Part shown: positions 20,964 through 32,293 of the stretch, piece by piece
How positions within the stretch are numbered: the first letter of the stretch is position 1
Layout of the letters: each line of letters begins with the position of its first letter
Source: Rhodocyclaceae bacterium
GTDB lineage: Bacteria > Pseudomonadota > Gammaproteobacteria > Burkholderiales > Rhodocyclaceae
NCBI GenBank assembly: GCA_035456105.1
Contig: DATIDV010000041.1
Span: 27,219-91,218, forward strand
Reading direction: 5' to 3'
DNA length: 64,000 nucleotides
Notes under the pieces: generated by a model
What the model was told of the DNA's origin: nothing
Database searches by the model: none
What the model saw: the letters and a program-made list of their open reading frames with translations, nothing else
Made by a program: the position numbers and the translations under genes

Positions 20964-21138
20964 GTGGGCGCGGCAGAATATTTTGCGCAGTGCACAATAT
21001 TTTGCTGCGACAGGCTGGCAAGGCGTCTAAGCTACGTCTCGTGCCCAGCGTGATTTTTGGGCAAGCGGAAGAAGAGCATTGAAGGATCGGCAAGATCCTT
21101 CTGGGCGACAAGAGAACCGTTTGATTCCGGAGCACTGA

Positions 21139-23025
21139 ATGACTCAATCTGCTCACGAGCAGCAAACCATGCCAGCCTTGACGCTGGCAGCCTTGGGTGT
21201 GGTGTTTGGCGATATTGGCACCAGTCCACTGTATGCACTGAAAGAAGCTTTCTTCAGCGTCCACCATCCAATCCCGGCGGATGCAGCCAATGTTCTCGGC
21301 ATTCTGTCGCTGATCGTCTGGACGCTGCTGATCGTCGTTACGTTCAAGTATGTCGTTGTCGTGCTGCGCGCCGATAATCATGGCGAGGGCGGTGTCGTGG
21401 CGCTCATGGCGCGCGTGATCGAGCAGGCGCAGGACCGGCCAAAGAAAAAGCGCATTGCTATTGTCCTGGGGTTGTTCGGCGCCGCGCTTTTTTACGGCGA
21501 CGGCGTCATTACCCCGGCGATCTCCGTACTGTCGGCCGTAGAGGGGCTAGAGGTGGTGACGCCTGCCTTCAAGCCCTATGTCCTGCCCATTACGCTGGTC
21601 ATTCTCGTCTGTATTTTCCTCATCCAGCATCAGGGCACGGCGCGGGTGGGGCGCTATTTCGGGCCAATCGTTTCATCGTGGTTTGGCGCGCTGGCGCTGG
21701 TGGGGATTTACAACATCATTGGGCACCCGCAAGTGCTGGAAGCCTTGCTGCCGCACCATGCCCTGCGCTTTTTCCTGGATAACCCGAAGATGGGTTATTT
21801 CTCGCTGGGTGCAGTCATCCTGACGGTGACTGGCGGCGAGGCGCTGTATGCCGACATGGGGCACTTCGGCAAGAAACCCATTCGCATCGGCTGGCTGTTC
21901 ATTGTCCTGCCGGCCTTGTTGCTGAACTATTTTGGACAGGGGGCGATGGTCATCGTCAACCCGGCTGCAGCGGCCAATCCGTTCTTCATGTCGATTCCGA
22001 AGTGGGCTTTGATGCCCATGGTGCTGCTGGCGACCGCGGCCACGGTGATTGCCTCGCAGGCGCTCATCACCGGTGCCTTCTCCATGACGCGTGAGTTGAT
22101 CCAGCTGGGTTTCTGCCCACGCCTGACGGTCCGCCACACATCCGGCGCGCAGATGGGGCAGATCTATCTGCCCTTCATCAACTGGTTCCTGCTTGCCCTG
22201 GTCATCATCATCGTACTGGCCTTCAAAACCTCATCGAATCTGGCCGCCGCTTATGGCATTGCCGTGACGCTGACGATGCTCGTGACATCGGTGCTGGCCT
22301 TTTCCGTTGCACGTCGCGACTGGAACTGGCCGACCTGGCTGGCGATCCTGGTGTTTGTGCCGACCTTCATCGTCGAGTGGGCATTTCTCGGGGCCAACTC
22401 GACCAAGATCCCGGACGGCGGCTGGTTCCCGCTGGCGTTTGGCTGCGTCGTGCTCTTCCTGTTGATGACCTGGCGAACCGGGCGCGGTTTGTTGTCGGAT
22501 CGACTCAAGGCCGACCAGATCGAGCTCCTGCCTTTCGTGGCCATGCTTGCCACTGAGACCAGCATGCCACGCGTGCAACACAACGCCGTGTTTCTGTCGC
22601 CGCGCTATGACAGCGTGCCGAATGCACTGCTGCACAATATCAAGCACAACTTCGTGCTGCACGAGCAGACGATTCTTGTCAGTGTCACGTTCCTGCCGCT
22701 GCCGCGTGTGGCCGAGGGGCAGCGCGTGCTGGTCGAGCGCGTGGGCCACCAGTTCTATCGCGTGAAGGTGTTCTTCGGCTTCATGGAAGAACCGGACGTG
22801 CCTGCCGCGCTTGAATGGTGTGAGGAGCAGGGCCTGGAGATCGATCCGAATTCGGCGTCGTATTTCCTCAGCCGCGAAATCCTGCTGCCGACGCCGGGCG
22901 AGGGCATGGCCTTGTGGCGTGAGCGGATTTTCGAGTTCATGTTCCGCAATGCCTCCAGTGCCGCCAACTTCTTTAAATTGCCCGCCAACCGGGTGGTCGA
23001 GCTAGGTAGCCGCATCGTCATTTAG
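21139..23025 (+). CDS. kup: Potassium uptake protein Kup (KUP/HAK/KT family)
   Basis: 628 aa. The N-terminal LGVVFGDIGTSPLYALKE signature, 12-TM body and cytoplasmic C-domain fit Kup. Confidence 0.93.
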   Translation: MTQSAHEQQTMPALTLAALGVVFGDIGTSPLYALKEAFFSVHHPIPADAANVLGILSLIVWTLLIVVTFKYVVVVLRADNHGEGGVVALMARVIEQAQDRPKKKRIAIVLGLFGAALFYGDGVITPAISVLSAVEGLEVVTPAFKPYVLPITLVILVCIFLIQHQGTARVGRYFGPIVSSWFGALALVGIYNIIGHPQVLEALLPHHALRFFLDNPKMGYFSLGAVILTVTGGEALYADMGHFGKKPIRIGWLFIVLPALLLNYFGQGAMVIVNPAAAANPFFMSIPKWALMPMVLLATAATVIASQALITGAFSMTRELIQLGFCPRLTVRHTSGAQMGQIYLPFINWFLLALVIIIVLAFKTSSNLAAAYGIAVTLTMLVTSVLAFSVARRDWNWPTWLAILVFVPTFIVEWAFLGANSTKIPDGGWFPLAFGCVVLFLLMTWRTGRGLLSDRLKADQIELLPFVAMLATETSMPRVQHNAVFLSPRYDSVPNALLHNIKHNFVLHEQTILVSVTFLPLPRVAEGQRVLVERVGHQFYRVKVFFGFMEEPDVPAALEWCEEQGLEIDPNSASYFLSREILLPTPGEGMALWRERIFEFMFRNASSAANFFKLPANRVVELGSRIVI

Positions 23026-23177
23026 AAGCCGATTTTGCTGGGGCAGGTGGCTGTGCCAGCGGCCATCCCCACAGATCTGCCCTTGATGGTTTCCGCCTCA
23101 AGGCCCGTTGTCACCAACCGTTAACAATCCATGCCCGTGGAACGCTGGGCCAGGATTTCAACGAGACGGAGTGAGTA

Positions 23178-24608
23178 GTGGGACGATTGGGACTGCAAGG
23201 CTGGGTAGATCACATCCGCGACCAGGACATGCCGGCCTTCGGCCACACGGTCGACTCGGTGCTGGACATTACGTCTGACGAGAATGCCTCGATCACCATG
23301 CTGTCGCGCGTGATCCTGCAGGATGCAGCGCTCACCACCAAGGTTCTCAAGCTTTCCAATAGCGTCATCTTCAATCCTGCCCGCCAGCCGATCAGTACGA
23401 TCAGCCGTGCCGTGACGGTGCTTGGCTTCAATGTGCTCGGTCAGGTGGTGTTGTCGATCTGCCTGATCGACGCCTTTCTCGTCGGCGGCCTGCGTGGCCG
23501 CGTGGCTGCCGAAATGGCGCGTTGCTTCCATGCCGCCGTGCAGGCGCGTGGTGCAGCAGATGCGTGCGGCGTGGCGCAGATTGAGGAGGTCTTCATCGCG
23601 ACCCTGCTCGGGCGGGTGGGCGAAATGGCCTTCTGGTGCTTCGGCGGCGAAACGGCCATTGCGCTGGATCAGGCACTCATCGAGCAGCCTGACGAGCGCC
23701 CGGAAAATCTGCAGATGGATCTGTTGAGCTTTCGCCTGCGCTCCCTGACGGCATCTCTTGCGCGCGAGTGGCGTTTGGGCTCGCTGGTGGTTTCGGCGGC
23801 CGAACCGGCCGCATATCCAAGCCCCGCCGAAAAAGCCATTGTCATGGGACATCGTCTGGCGACAGCAGCAGAGAAGGGGTGGGAGTCGAGCGTTGCGACC
23901 AAAGCGCTCACGGCCTATGCCGAGATGTTGCAGAAACCGATGGATGAAGTCAGGGCGCTGGTCAGCAGCAACGCAGCCGAGGCTTCACGTGTCGCGGCGC
24001 AATTCGGGGCGACTGACGCGGCCCGTCTGATTCCTGTGCCCGACATGAGTGTGGCGGAGGCGGACATTGCGCGCGCGGCGGCGGCCCCGGAAGCCGACCC
24101 GATGCTGCAACTACGCATCCTGCGCGACCTGGCGATGATGCTGACCGGTAAGCCAAGCCTCAACGAGGTACTCAATCTGGTGCTGGAAGGCATCTACCGC
24201 GGCCTTGGCATGCACCGCGCGGTGTTCGCCATGCTCACGACTGACCGCACGACCCTGCAGGGCAAGGCCGGCTTGGGGCACGACGCGGAAGCGCTGGTGA
24301 AGCGTTTCCTGTTCAGACTCGACGGCGCCAAGGGCGAACTCATCAACGAAATCTTCACGCGCAACGAGGCTTTCTGGCTGCGCGAGCCTCTGCCACGTGG
24401 CATCAGCATTACCCGGTTTGAGAAGGTCATGGGTATTGGAGAGGGTTTCATTGCGCCGATTACGACGCATGGCCGTGCCATTGGCGTGTTCTTCGCCGAG
24501 TACGGGGCGCATCCGCCGGACGAAGATACCTGGCAGGGCTTCCAGCATTTCGTACAGCAGGCCAGCCTGTCGTTCGAACACGTTGCCACGCGCAGCCCCA
24601 AGCGCTGA
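23178..24608 (+). CDS. HDOD domain signalling protein with C-terminal GAF-like domain
   Basis: 476 aa from a GTG start. The N-terminal half resembles HDOD (ITMLSRVILQDAALTTKVLKLSNSVIFNPARQPISTISRAVTVLGF). The C-terminal ~150 aa is GAF-like. Confidence 0.7.
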   Translation: MGRLGLQGWVDHIRDQDMPAFGHTVDSVLDITSDENASITMLSRVILQDAALTTKVLKLSNSVIFNPARQPISTISRAVTVLGFNVLGQVVLSICLIDAFLVGGLRGRVAAEMARCFHAAVQARGAADACGVAQIEEVFIATLLGRVGEMAFWCFGGETAIALDQALIEQPDERPENLQMDLLSFRLRSLTASLAREWRLGSLVVSAAEPAAYPSPAEKAIVMGHRLATAAEKGWESSVATKALTAYAEMLQKPMDEVRALVSSNAAEASRVAAQFGATDAARLIPVPDMSVAEADIARAAAAPEADPMLQLRILRDLAMMLTGKPSLNEVLNLVLEGIYRGLGMHRAVFAMLTTDRTTLQGKAGLGHDAEALVKRFLFRLDGAKGELINEIFTRNEAFWLREPLPRGISITRFEKVMGIGEGFIAPITTHGRAIGVFFAEYGAHPPDEDTWQGFQHFVQQASLSFEHVATRSPKR

Positions 24609-24733
24609 GCGCGCATTTTCCTGACGTGGCGCATGGGTGGTGCGTCGGGACGCGTGAAAAGCCGTGTCGCACAGCACAAATCCCTTAGAATTCCGGGCTG
24701 CCTTTCTTTCCTTCCCGCGTTCCAAGGACTGCC

Positions 24734-25969
24734 ATGCCCGTCAATCTCCAGCCTCCCGTTGCCGATCAACTTCTCGCCGTCAAGGGCGTGCGTCTTGGTA
24801 CGGCAGAAGCCGCCATCCGCAAGCTCAATCGTCGCGACCTGACCCTGATCGAGCTGGCTGAAGGCAGTCGCGCGGCAGGCGTGTTCACACAGAACCGCTT
24901 CTGCGCCGCACCGGTGCAGGTATGCAAAACGCATCTCGCATTGACTGCGCCGCGCGCGCTGGTGATCAATACCGGCGTTGCCAACGCCGGTACCGGCGAG
25001 CAGGGAGTGGCCAACGCCAAGGCCAGTTGCCGCGCCGTCGCCAAAGAGCTGGGTGTGGCGGCTGAAACCGTGCTGCCGTTTTCGACAGGCGTGATCCTCG
25101 AACACCTGCCGGTCGACAAACTCGTTGCCGGTTTGCCTGCGGCGAAGGCCGCGCTGAAGGCCGATGGCTGGTACGAGGCCTGCCACGCCATCATGACCAC
25201 CGACACGCTGCCCAAGTGCGCATCGCGTCAGGTGAGCATCGGCGGCCAGACGGTGACCTTCACCGGCATGAGCAAGGGCGCCGGCATGATCCGCCCGAAC
25301 ATGGCGACCATGCTGGGCTATCTCGCCACCGATGCGAAGATCGCGCAGCCCTTGCTCGACAAGCTGGTGCGCGAAGCGGCCGATCTGTCCTTCAACAGCA
25401 TCACGGTCGATGGCGACACCTCGACCAATGACTCCTTCATCCTCATCGCCACCGGTCAGGTGGGCAACGAAATCGTTGATGAAGCTTCGAGCGAATTCCA
25501 GACCGTGCGCGCCGAAGTGATTGCCTTGTCGCAGTGGCTGGCGCAAGCCATCGTGCGTGACGGCGAAGGCGCGACCAAGTTCATGAGCATCGCGGTTGAA
25601 GGTGGCAAGGACCGCGACGAGTGCCGCCAGATCGCCTACGCCGTCGCGCATTCGCCGCTCGTCAAGACCGCCTTTTTCGCGTCGGACCCCAACCTCGGTC
25701 GTATCCTCGCCGCCATCGGTTATGCAGGTGTCAATGACCTCGACGTGAGTGCATTGCGCGTGTGGCTCGCTGCAGCGGGCGAAGAAGTGCTGGTTGCGGA
25801 GAAGGGTGGTCGCGCCGAAAGCTATGTGGAAGAGGCCGGCGCGCGCATCATGAAGAACGCCGAGATCACCATCCGCATCGACCTCGCACGCGGCGCAGCT
25901 GCAGCCACCGTGTGGACCTGCGATTTCTCGTATGACTACGTGAAGATCAACGCGGACTACAGATCGTGA
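24734..25969 (+). CDS. argJ: Bifunctional ornithine acetyltransferase / N-acetylglutamate synthase ArgJ
   Basis: 411 aa. The autoprocessing site region ([11 protein letters not shown]) and the C-terminal [17 protein letters not shown] are typical of ArgJ. Confidence 0.95.
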   Translation: MPVNLQPPVADQLLAVKGVRLGTAEAAIRKLNRRDLTLIELAEGSRAAGVFTQNRFCAAPVQVCKTHLALTAPRALVINTGVANAGTGEQGVANAKASCRAVAKELGVAAETVLPFSTGVILEHLPVDKLVAGLPAAKAALKADGWYEACHAIMTTDTLPKCASRQVSIGGQTVTFTGMSKGAGMIRPNMATMLGYLATDAKIAQPLLDKLVREAADLSFNSITVDGDTSTNDSFILIATGQVGNEIVDEASSEFQTVRAEVIALSQWLAQAIVRDGEGATKFMSIAVEGGKDRDECRQIAYAVAHSPLVKTAFFASDPNLGRILAAIGYAGVNDLDVSALRVWLAAAGEEVLVAEKGGRAESYVEEAGARIMKNAEITIRIDLARGAAAATVWTCDFSYDYVKINADYRS

Positions 25970-25975
25970 AATTCG

Positions 25976-26143
25976 GTGAGAAGTAAGTAGGGAGAGGACT
26001 GGAGGGGTACTCTCACCCTTTCGCGCGCCCCGAGTTCATCGGGCCGCGCTCAGGTCTGACGCTGGGGAACGGTTCCGCGAAGCAGCACTGCGTGCGGTGG
26101 CTCTGCTGTTTCTCCTCACTCAGACCTCCTCACCTGCCTCACC
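25976..26143. repeat. Heptamer-based inverted-repeat element, degenerate copy B (argJ/ygjV-like junction)
   Basis: Left arm GTGAGAA GTAAGTA GGGAGAG GACTGGA from 25976. Right arm CTCCTCAC TCAGAC CTCCTCAC CTGCCTCACC spans 26112-26143 and ends 3 nt before the next ATG. More degenerate than copies A, C and D. Confidence 0.5.
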
Positions 26144-26145
26144 GC

Positions 26146-26664
26146 ATGCATCACGATTTCTTCAGCATTGCCCAGCTCTTCGGCTACCTCACCTTCATTT
26201 TCGGTGTTGCCTGTTTCCTGCAGAAGAGCGATCAGCGTTTCCGCATATTGCTGTTGGGCCAGGCCACCAGTTACATGGTGCACTTCTGGCTGCTGGGAAA
26301 TCTGCCTGCGACAGGGAGTGCCGTCATGTCGATGACGCGTACGCTGGCCTCCTTCTGGACGCGTTCACGCTGGGTGGCCCTGTCCTTCGTCTCTGCGACC
26401 ATTGCGCTCGGCTGCTGGCTGGTCACGAGCTGGGCGGGTGTCTTGCCCGTCATCGGCACGTGCATCGGCACGGCCGCCGTGTTTCTTTTTTCTGGCATCA
26501 CCATGCGGTGGATGATGTTCGCCGCGACCTGTCTCTGGCTCCTGAACAACATCCTGTCAGGTTCGATTGGCGGCACGGCCCTCGAGGTCTGTGTTGGCCT
26601 CAGTAATCTCTACACGATCCGGCGTCTCTACCACGCCCGGTCCTGCGTCACGAAGGCTACATGA
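26146..26664 (+). CDS. YgjV-family inner membrane protein, tandem copy 1 of 3
   Basis: 172 aa. It resembles E. coli YgjV as I remember it (LPVIGT, GITMR, GSIGGT motifs). Copy 2 starts on its stop (ATGA). Confidence 0.8.
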   Translation: MHHDFFSIAQLFGYLTFIFGVACFLQKSDQRFRILLLGQATSYMVHFWLLGNLPATGSAVMSMTRTLASFWTRSRWVALSFVSATIALGCWLVTSWAGVLPVIGTCIGTAAVFLFSGITMRWMMFAATCLWLLNNILSGSIGGTALEVCVGLSNLYTIRRLYHARSCVTKAT

Positions 26665-27188
26665 TCGATTTCGCACACGTCTTCTCTGTTCCCCAGCTCG
26701 TCGGCTACGTCGCCTTTGTCCTCGGTGTCGCCTGCTTTTTGCAGAAAAATGACTTGCGTTTCAAGGTGCTGCTTGCCGCCGAAACCGCATGCTACGTGCT
26801 GCACTTCTGGTTGCTTGGCAACTATGCGGCCGTGGCTGGCGCCGGCGTGGCGACGCTGCGCACGGTGGTGTCGATCCGCTTACGCTCACGCCGGGTTGCA
26901 CTGTTCTTCATCGTGCTGACCCTGGTGCTGGGTGGCTGGCTCGTCGAAAGCTGGGCCGGCGTGCTGCCCATTCTGGCGTGCTGCGTCGGCACGGCGGCCG
27001 TGTTGCTGTTCCACGGCATCACCATGCGCCTGCTGATGCTCCTCGCATCCTTCATGTGGCTGGCCAACAACATTCTGTCGGGCTCCATTGGTGGCACGGC
27101 GCTGGAGGCCTGCATCGCGCTCAGCAACACGTATACGATCTGGCAACTGTGGCGCCGTCCGGCGCAACTCGAGCAGGCGACTTCGTGA
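26661..27188 (+). CDS. YgjV-family inner membrane protein, tandem copy 2 of 3
   Basis: 175 aa paralog of copy 1 (VGYVAFVLGVACFLQKNDLRFKVLL, LSGSIGGTALE). It has overlapping stop/start junctions on both sides. Confidence 0.8.
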   Translation: MIDFAHVFSVPQLVGYVAFVLGVACFLQKNDLRFKVLLAAETACYVLHFWLLGNYAAVAGAGVATLRTVVSIRLRSRRVALFFIVLTLVLGGWLVESWAGVLPILACCVGTAAVLLFHGITMRLLMLLASFMWLANNILSGSIGGTALEACIALSNTYTIWQLWRRPAQLEQATS

Positions 27189-27694
27189 TCGATAGCTGGT
27201 TCTCGCTGCCGCAGCTCTTCGGCTACCTCGCCTTTCTGTTTGGCGTGGCCTGCTTCCTGCAGAAGAGCGATCTGCGCTTCAAGGTCTTCATGACTCTTGA
27301 GTGCGTCAGCTATGTGATCCACTTTGCGTTGCTGGGCCACTACACCGCGGTGGCAAGTTCGGCAGTATCGATGGGGCGTTCGGCGGCCGCGATCCGTACG
27401 AAATCACCTTGGGTTGCGTTGTTTTTCGTGCTGCTGAGCCTGTCGTTGGGCGTGTGGCTGGCAAAGTCCTGGGTCGGCATGCTGCCCATCCTTGCGTCGT
27501 GCATCGGCACCACGGCGCTGTTCCTGCTGTCGGGTATCCGCATGCGCTTGATGATGCTGATCGGCACCGTGCTATGGCTCATCAACAACATCGCGGTGGG
27601 CTCGATCGGCGGCACCTTGCTGGAAGCGACCGTGGCAGCCACCAATGTGTTCACGATCTGGCGAATGGTGCGGCAGCAAACTGCGCAGGCCTGA
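27185..27694 (+). CDS. YgjV-family inner membrane protein, tandem copy 3 of 3
   Basis: 169 aa from the GTG at 27185, which overlaps the copy 2 stop (GTGA). Paralog (FGYLAFLFGVACFLQKSDLRFKVFM, AVGSIGGTLLE). The long ORF 26789-27694 is this gene plus an out-of-context upstream extension. Confidence 0.78.
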   Translation: MIDSWFSLPQLFGYLAFLFGVACFLQKSDLRFKVFMTLECVSYVIHFALLGHYTAVASSAVSMGRSAAAIRTKSPWVALFFVLLSLSLGVWLAKSWVGMLPILASCIGTTALFLLSGIRMRLMMLIGTVLWLINNIAVGSIGGTLLEATVAATNVFTIWRMVRQQTAQA

Positions 27695-27696
27695 AC

Positions 27697-28470
27697 TCAG
27701 CCTGCCGTCCAGCCGCCGTCGACATAGAGCACTTCGCCGGTCACGAACTCCGATCCCGCCGAGAGCAGGAATACGACCGGGGCGACCAGTTCGCTTTTCT
27801 CGCACAGGCGGCCTTTGGGAATGCGGCTGAGGACCCAGTTGCGGTGTGCGTCGTCGGTGAGCGAAGCGCGGTTGATGTCGGTGAGCGTGAAGATCGGCGC
27901 GATGGCATTCACGTTGACATTGTGTGGCGCGAGCTCCACCGCCAGCGACTTGGTGAAGGTATTGACCGCCCCTTTGCTGGCTGCGTACGCAGCATAACGG
28001 GCCTTGCCCTGCAGGCCGCGCACCGACGAGATGTTGACGATGCGTCCGGCGCCGCGCCCGACCATATGCTGGCCGAATACCTTGCAACAGGTCACCGAGC
28101 CCATGAGGTTGACGTCCAGCACGTGGCGGAAGTCTTTGAGGTCGAAATCGAACAGACCACTGATGTGCGTGATGCCCGCCATGTTGACGAGGCCGTCGAC
28201 GTGGCCGAAAGTTTCGATAGCGCGCTCGGCCACGGCGCTGACCTCATCTTCATTTGTCACGTTGGCAGGGACGAAGGCGCCGCTCAATCCCTTGTCGACA
28301 AAAATGGTGCTTGTCTCGACAAGTGACTCCGCCGAGCTGGCCGTGGCCACGACATGCGCGCCAAGTTCGCCGAGCGCGACGGCGACCTCCTGGCCAATGC
28401 CCCGGCTCGCGCCGGTAACGACGATGACCCGCTCGCGTACGCCGAACAGGCGCTCAAGGCTGTAATCCAT
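27697..28470 (-). CDS. Short-chain dehydrogenase/reductase (classical SDR)
   Basis: 257 aa with TGASRGIGQEVA cofactor motif, YAAYAASKGAV catalytic YxxxK and C-terminal VDGGWTAG. The stop lies 2 nt from the convergent YgjV copy 3 stop. Confidence 0.88.
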   Translation of the reverse strand: MDYSLERLFGVRERVIVVTGASRGIGQEVAVALGELGAHVVATASSAESLVETSTIFVDKGLSGAFVPANVTNEDEVSAVAERAIETFGHVDGLVNMAGITHISGLFDFDLKDFRHVLDVNLMGSVTCCKVFGQHMVGRGAGRIVNISSVRGLQGKARYAAYAASKGAVNTFTKSLAVELAPHNVNVNAIAPIFTLTDINRASLTDDAHRNWVLSRIPKGRLCEKSELVAPVVFLLSAGSEFVTGEVLYVDGGWTAG

Positions 28471-28517
28471 GGTGAGTCTCCTCGGTGGCCCGCGTCACCG
28501 CGGGCCGGGTGTGAGTC

Positions 28518-29546
28518 TCAGAGTGTGGCGTTGATCTTGAGGTGCAGCTCTGGCGACTCCGACAGTTCGCGCACGGCCTGGGGGATTTCGTCGAATGCGA
28601 TCACCTTGCTGATCACGTCGTCGGCGACCACAGTGCCGCTGGCCAGCAACTGCAAGGCCTCGCGGAACTCGCCCGCGCTGGTCCGGGAACCGCGGATGTC
28701 GATTTCCTTGAGCGTGATGAGATTGGTCGGCAGCGGCGTCTCCTGCTTGGGCCAGCCCGTAAAAGCGATGCGCCCCGCGAACGACACGTATTCGAGCGAA
28801 TCGCGGATCGCCTTGTTCGAGCCCGAGGCTTCGACCACGACCTCAGGCATGCGCCCCTTGGTGATTTCACGCAGGCGCGCGCGCACGTCTTCCTTGCTGG
28901 CATCGATGGTGTGCGGCACACCCTTGGCGCGCGCCGATGCGAGACGCGCCTCGACGATGTCGATGAGGATGGGATGCGCACCGTAGGTCCGCGCAGCGAG
29001 CGCCGCGAGCAGGCCGATGGCACCCGCCCCGATGATGGCGACATGCTCGCCGGCCTTCACTTGGGTGCGGTGCAGGGCGTGCAGCGCGATGGTTAGCGGT
29101 TCGGCCAGTGGTATATGCGCCGCAGAAAGGCCGGCCGGCACCTTGTGCAACAAATGAGCGGGGTGCGCGAAGACTTCACGCATGCCGCCGTCCACGTGCA
29201 CGCCGATGACCTTCAGGCTTTCGCAGCAGTTGGTGCGGCCGATGCTGCAGGGGTAGCAGTGCCCGCAGTAGATGTAGGGATCGACGATCACGCGATCGCC
29301 AACTTTGATGTCCGCGGGCAGGCCGGTGCCGCCTTCGATCAGCGTGCCGACGACCTCGTGGCCGATGATGCGCGGGTAAGTGACCAGTGGGTTGGCGCCG
29401 CGGTAGGCGCCGATATCCGAGCCGCAGATGCCGACGGATTCGACACGGATCAGCCCCTGGTCCGCCGCTTTCTGCGGCGTGGGCGTGCGCACCATGGCGA
29501 TCTTGCCGGGGGCTTCGAGGTAAATGGTATTGATGGTGTCAGTCAT
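28518..29546 (-). CDS. Zinc-dependent alcohol/polyol dehydrogenase (MDR family, sorbitol/idonate/threonine-DH-like)
   Basis: 342 aa from the ATG at 29546. It has GICGSD, GHEVVG, a structural-zinc Cys cluster (CGHCYPCSIGRTNCC) and a GAGAIGL NAD motif. Confidence 0.88.
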   Translation of the reverse strand: MTDTINTIYLEAPGKIAMVRTPTPQKAADQGLIRVESVGICGSDIGAYRGANPLVTYPRIIGHEVVGTLIEGGTGLPADIKVGDRVIVDPYIYCGHCYPCSIGRTNCCESLKVIGVHVDGGMREVFAHPAHLLHKVPAGLSAAHIPLAEPLTIALHALHRTQVKAGEHVAIIGAGAIGLLAALAARTYGAHPILIDIVEARLASARAKGVPHTIDASKEDVRARLREITKGRMPEVVVEASGSNKAIRDSLEYVSFAGRIAFTGWPKQETPLPTNLITLKEIDIRGSRTSAGEFREALQLLASGTVVADDVISKVIAFDEIPQAVRELSESPELHLKINATL

Positions 29547-29596
29547 GGGGAGTCCTGTCGCCGGGGCGCATTGCGTGAATGCGCCCCAGCACTGAG

Positions 29597-30604
29597 TTAC
29601 ATGGCGCAAATGCGCGCCCACACGTTTTCATCTACCGGGATGCCATTGGCGAGGTTGTCTTCGCGCGTGCGCTTTTCGATTTCGCCGGGATAGAAGATCT
29701 CGCTGCCGTCCGACACTTTCTCGGACGCCTTGAGGTCTTCGACGACCTCGTTGATCGACGACGAAATGAAGGCGTTGCCGGCAATGCCCTGAGCGTCAAT
29801 GGCGATCAGCACTTGCGACAGCGCGTATTCGTCCGAGCCCAGCTTGCCGACCTGCAGGACCGAGTTGCCGCCCGACAGCACTGTGGCGATCAGGTCCATG
29901 AGGATGGACAGGCTCGATCCCTTCCAGAAGCCGATGGGCAGTACCCGCCAGGTCTTCTCGATCTCGGCCGGGTCGCAGCTGATGTTGCCCTGCGTGTCAT
30001 AGCCGCCGGGGACGGGCAGCATCTGGCCCTTGAGCTTGCTGTCTTCCATCTTGCCGTAGGAGAACTGCGCCATCGCGAGGTCGGCCACCAGCGGACCTTC
30101 CTGGCGCGGCACGGCGAAGATCAGTGGGTTGTTGCCGATGCGACGATCACGCGCGCCCCAGGCCGGCATGTTCGGTTGCGTATTCGTCCAGCATATGCCG
30201 ACACAGCCGGCGTTGGCCGCTTGCCAGCCGAAGGTGCCACCGCGCATCCAGTGGTTGGTATTGCGCAAGGCCACGCAGCCGATGCCGTACTGGCGTGCCA
30301 GTTCGATGGCGCGGTCCATGGCGCGCTTGGCATTGAGGTTGCCCATGCCGAGCTTGCCGTCCCAGCGCTCGAAGGCGCCCGTGCCATCTACCTTGACGGC
30401 GGTGGCCTTGGGATCGATGTAGCCCTTGTCGATGTACTCGATGACGCGCGGGAAGCGCAGCACACCGTGCGAATAGATACCGTCGGCGCTGTTGTCGGCG
30501 AACAGGCGCCCCGACTCAGCGGCGGCCTCGGGCGAAAAACCCTTCTTGATGAGCACGCGGGTGAACTCTGCGGTCATGTCGTCAAAACTGATGCGTAGTG
30601 CCAT
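29597..30604 (-). CDS. Malate/L-lactate/L-sulfolactate dehydrogenase family (Ldh_2) oxidoreductase, YiaK (2,3-diketo-L-gulonate reductase)-like
   Basis: 335 aa from the ATG at 30604 with an AAGGAG RBS. DGIYSHGVLRFPR and NTNHWMRGG are typical of the Ldh_2/YiaK family. Substrate not determinable from sequence. Confidence 0.8.
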   Translation of the reverse strand: MALRISFDDMTAEFTRVLIKKGFSPEAAAESGRLFADNSADGIYSHGVLRFPRVIEYIDKGYIDPKATAVKVDGTGAFERWDGKLGMGNLNAKRAMDRAIELARQYGIGCVALRNTNHWMRGGTFGWQAANAGCVGICWTNTQPNMPAWGARDRRIGNNPLIFAVPRQEGPLVADLAMAQFSYGKMEDSKLKGQMLPVPGGYDTQGNISCDPAEIEKTWRVLPIGFWKGSSLSILMDLIATVLSGGNSVLQVGKLGSDEYALSQVLIAIDAQGIAGNAFISSSINEVVEDLKASEKVSDGSEIFYPGEIEKRTREDNLANGIPVDENVWARICAM

Positions 30605-30615
30605 GTTGGTGCTCC

Positions 30616-32177
<1,562 letters not shown>

Positions 32178-32293
32178 TCAAACCGTTGTCTGCAGTTGCC
32201 CTTGCGGCAGCGTATTCATGCGATGCGCGCCAGTAGTGCAGCGCGCGCATCGCCGGCGCAGCTGACGCACCGGCGGGTCTTGCATGACGCGGC

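Noticed and set aside
26789-27694. 301-aa ORF spanning YgjV copies 2-3, and ORF 26097-26606 in another frame
   Set aside because: The upstream two-fifths of 26789-27694 is an alternative frame of copy 2 (Arg/Gly/Ala-rich). Only the part from GTG 27185 is homologous to the other copies. 26097-26606 is an off-frame shadow of copy 1.
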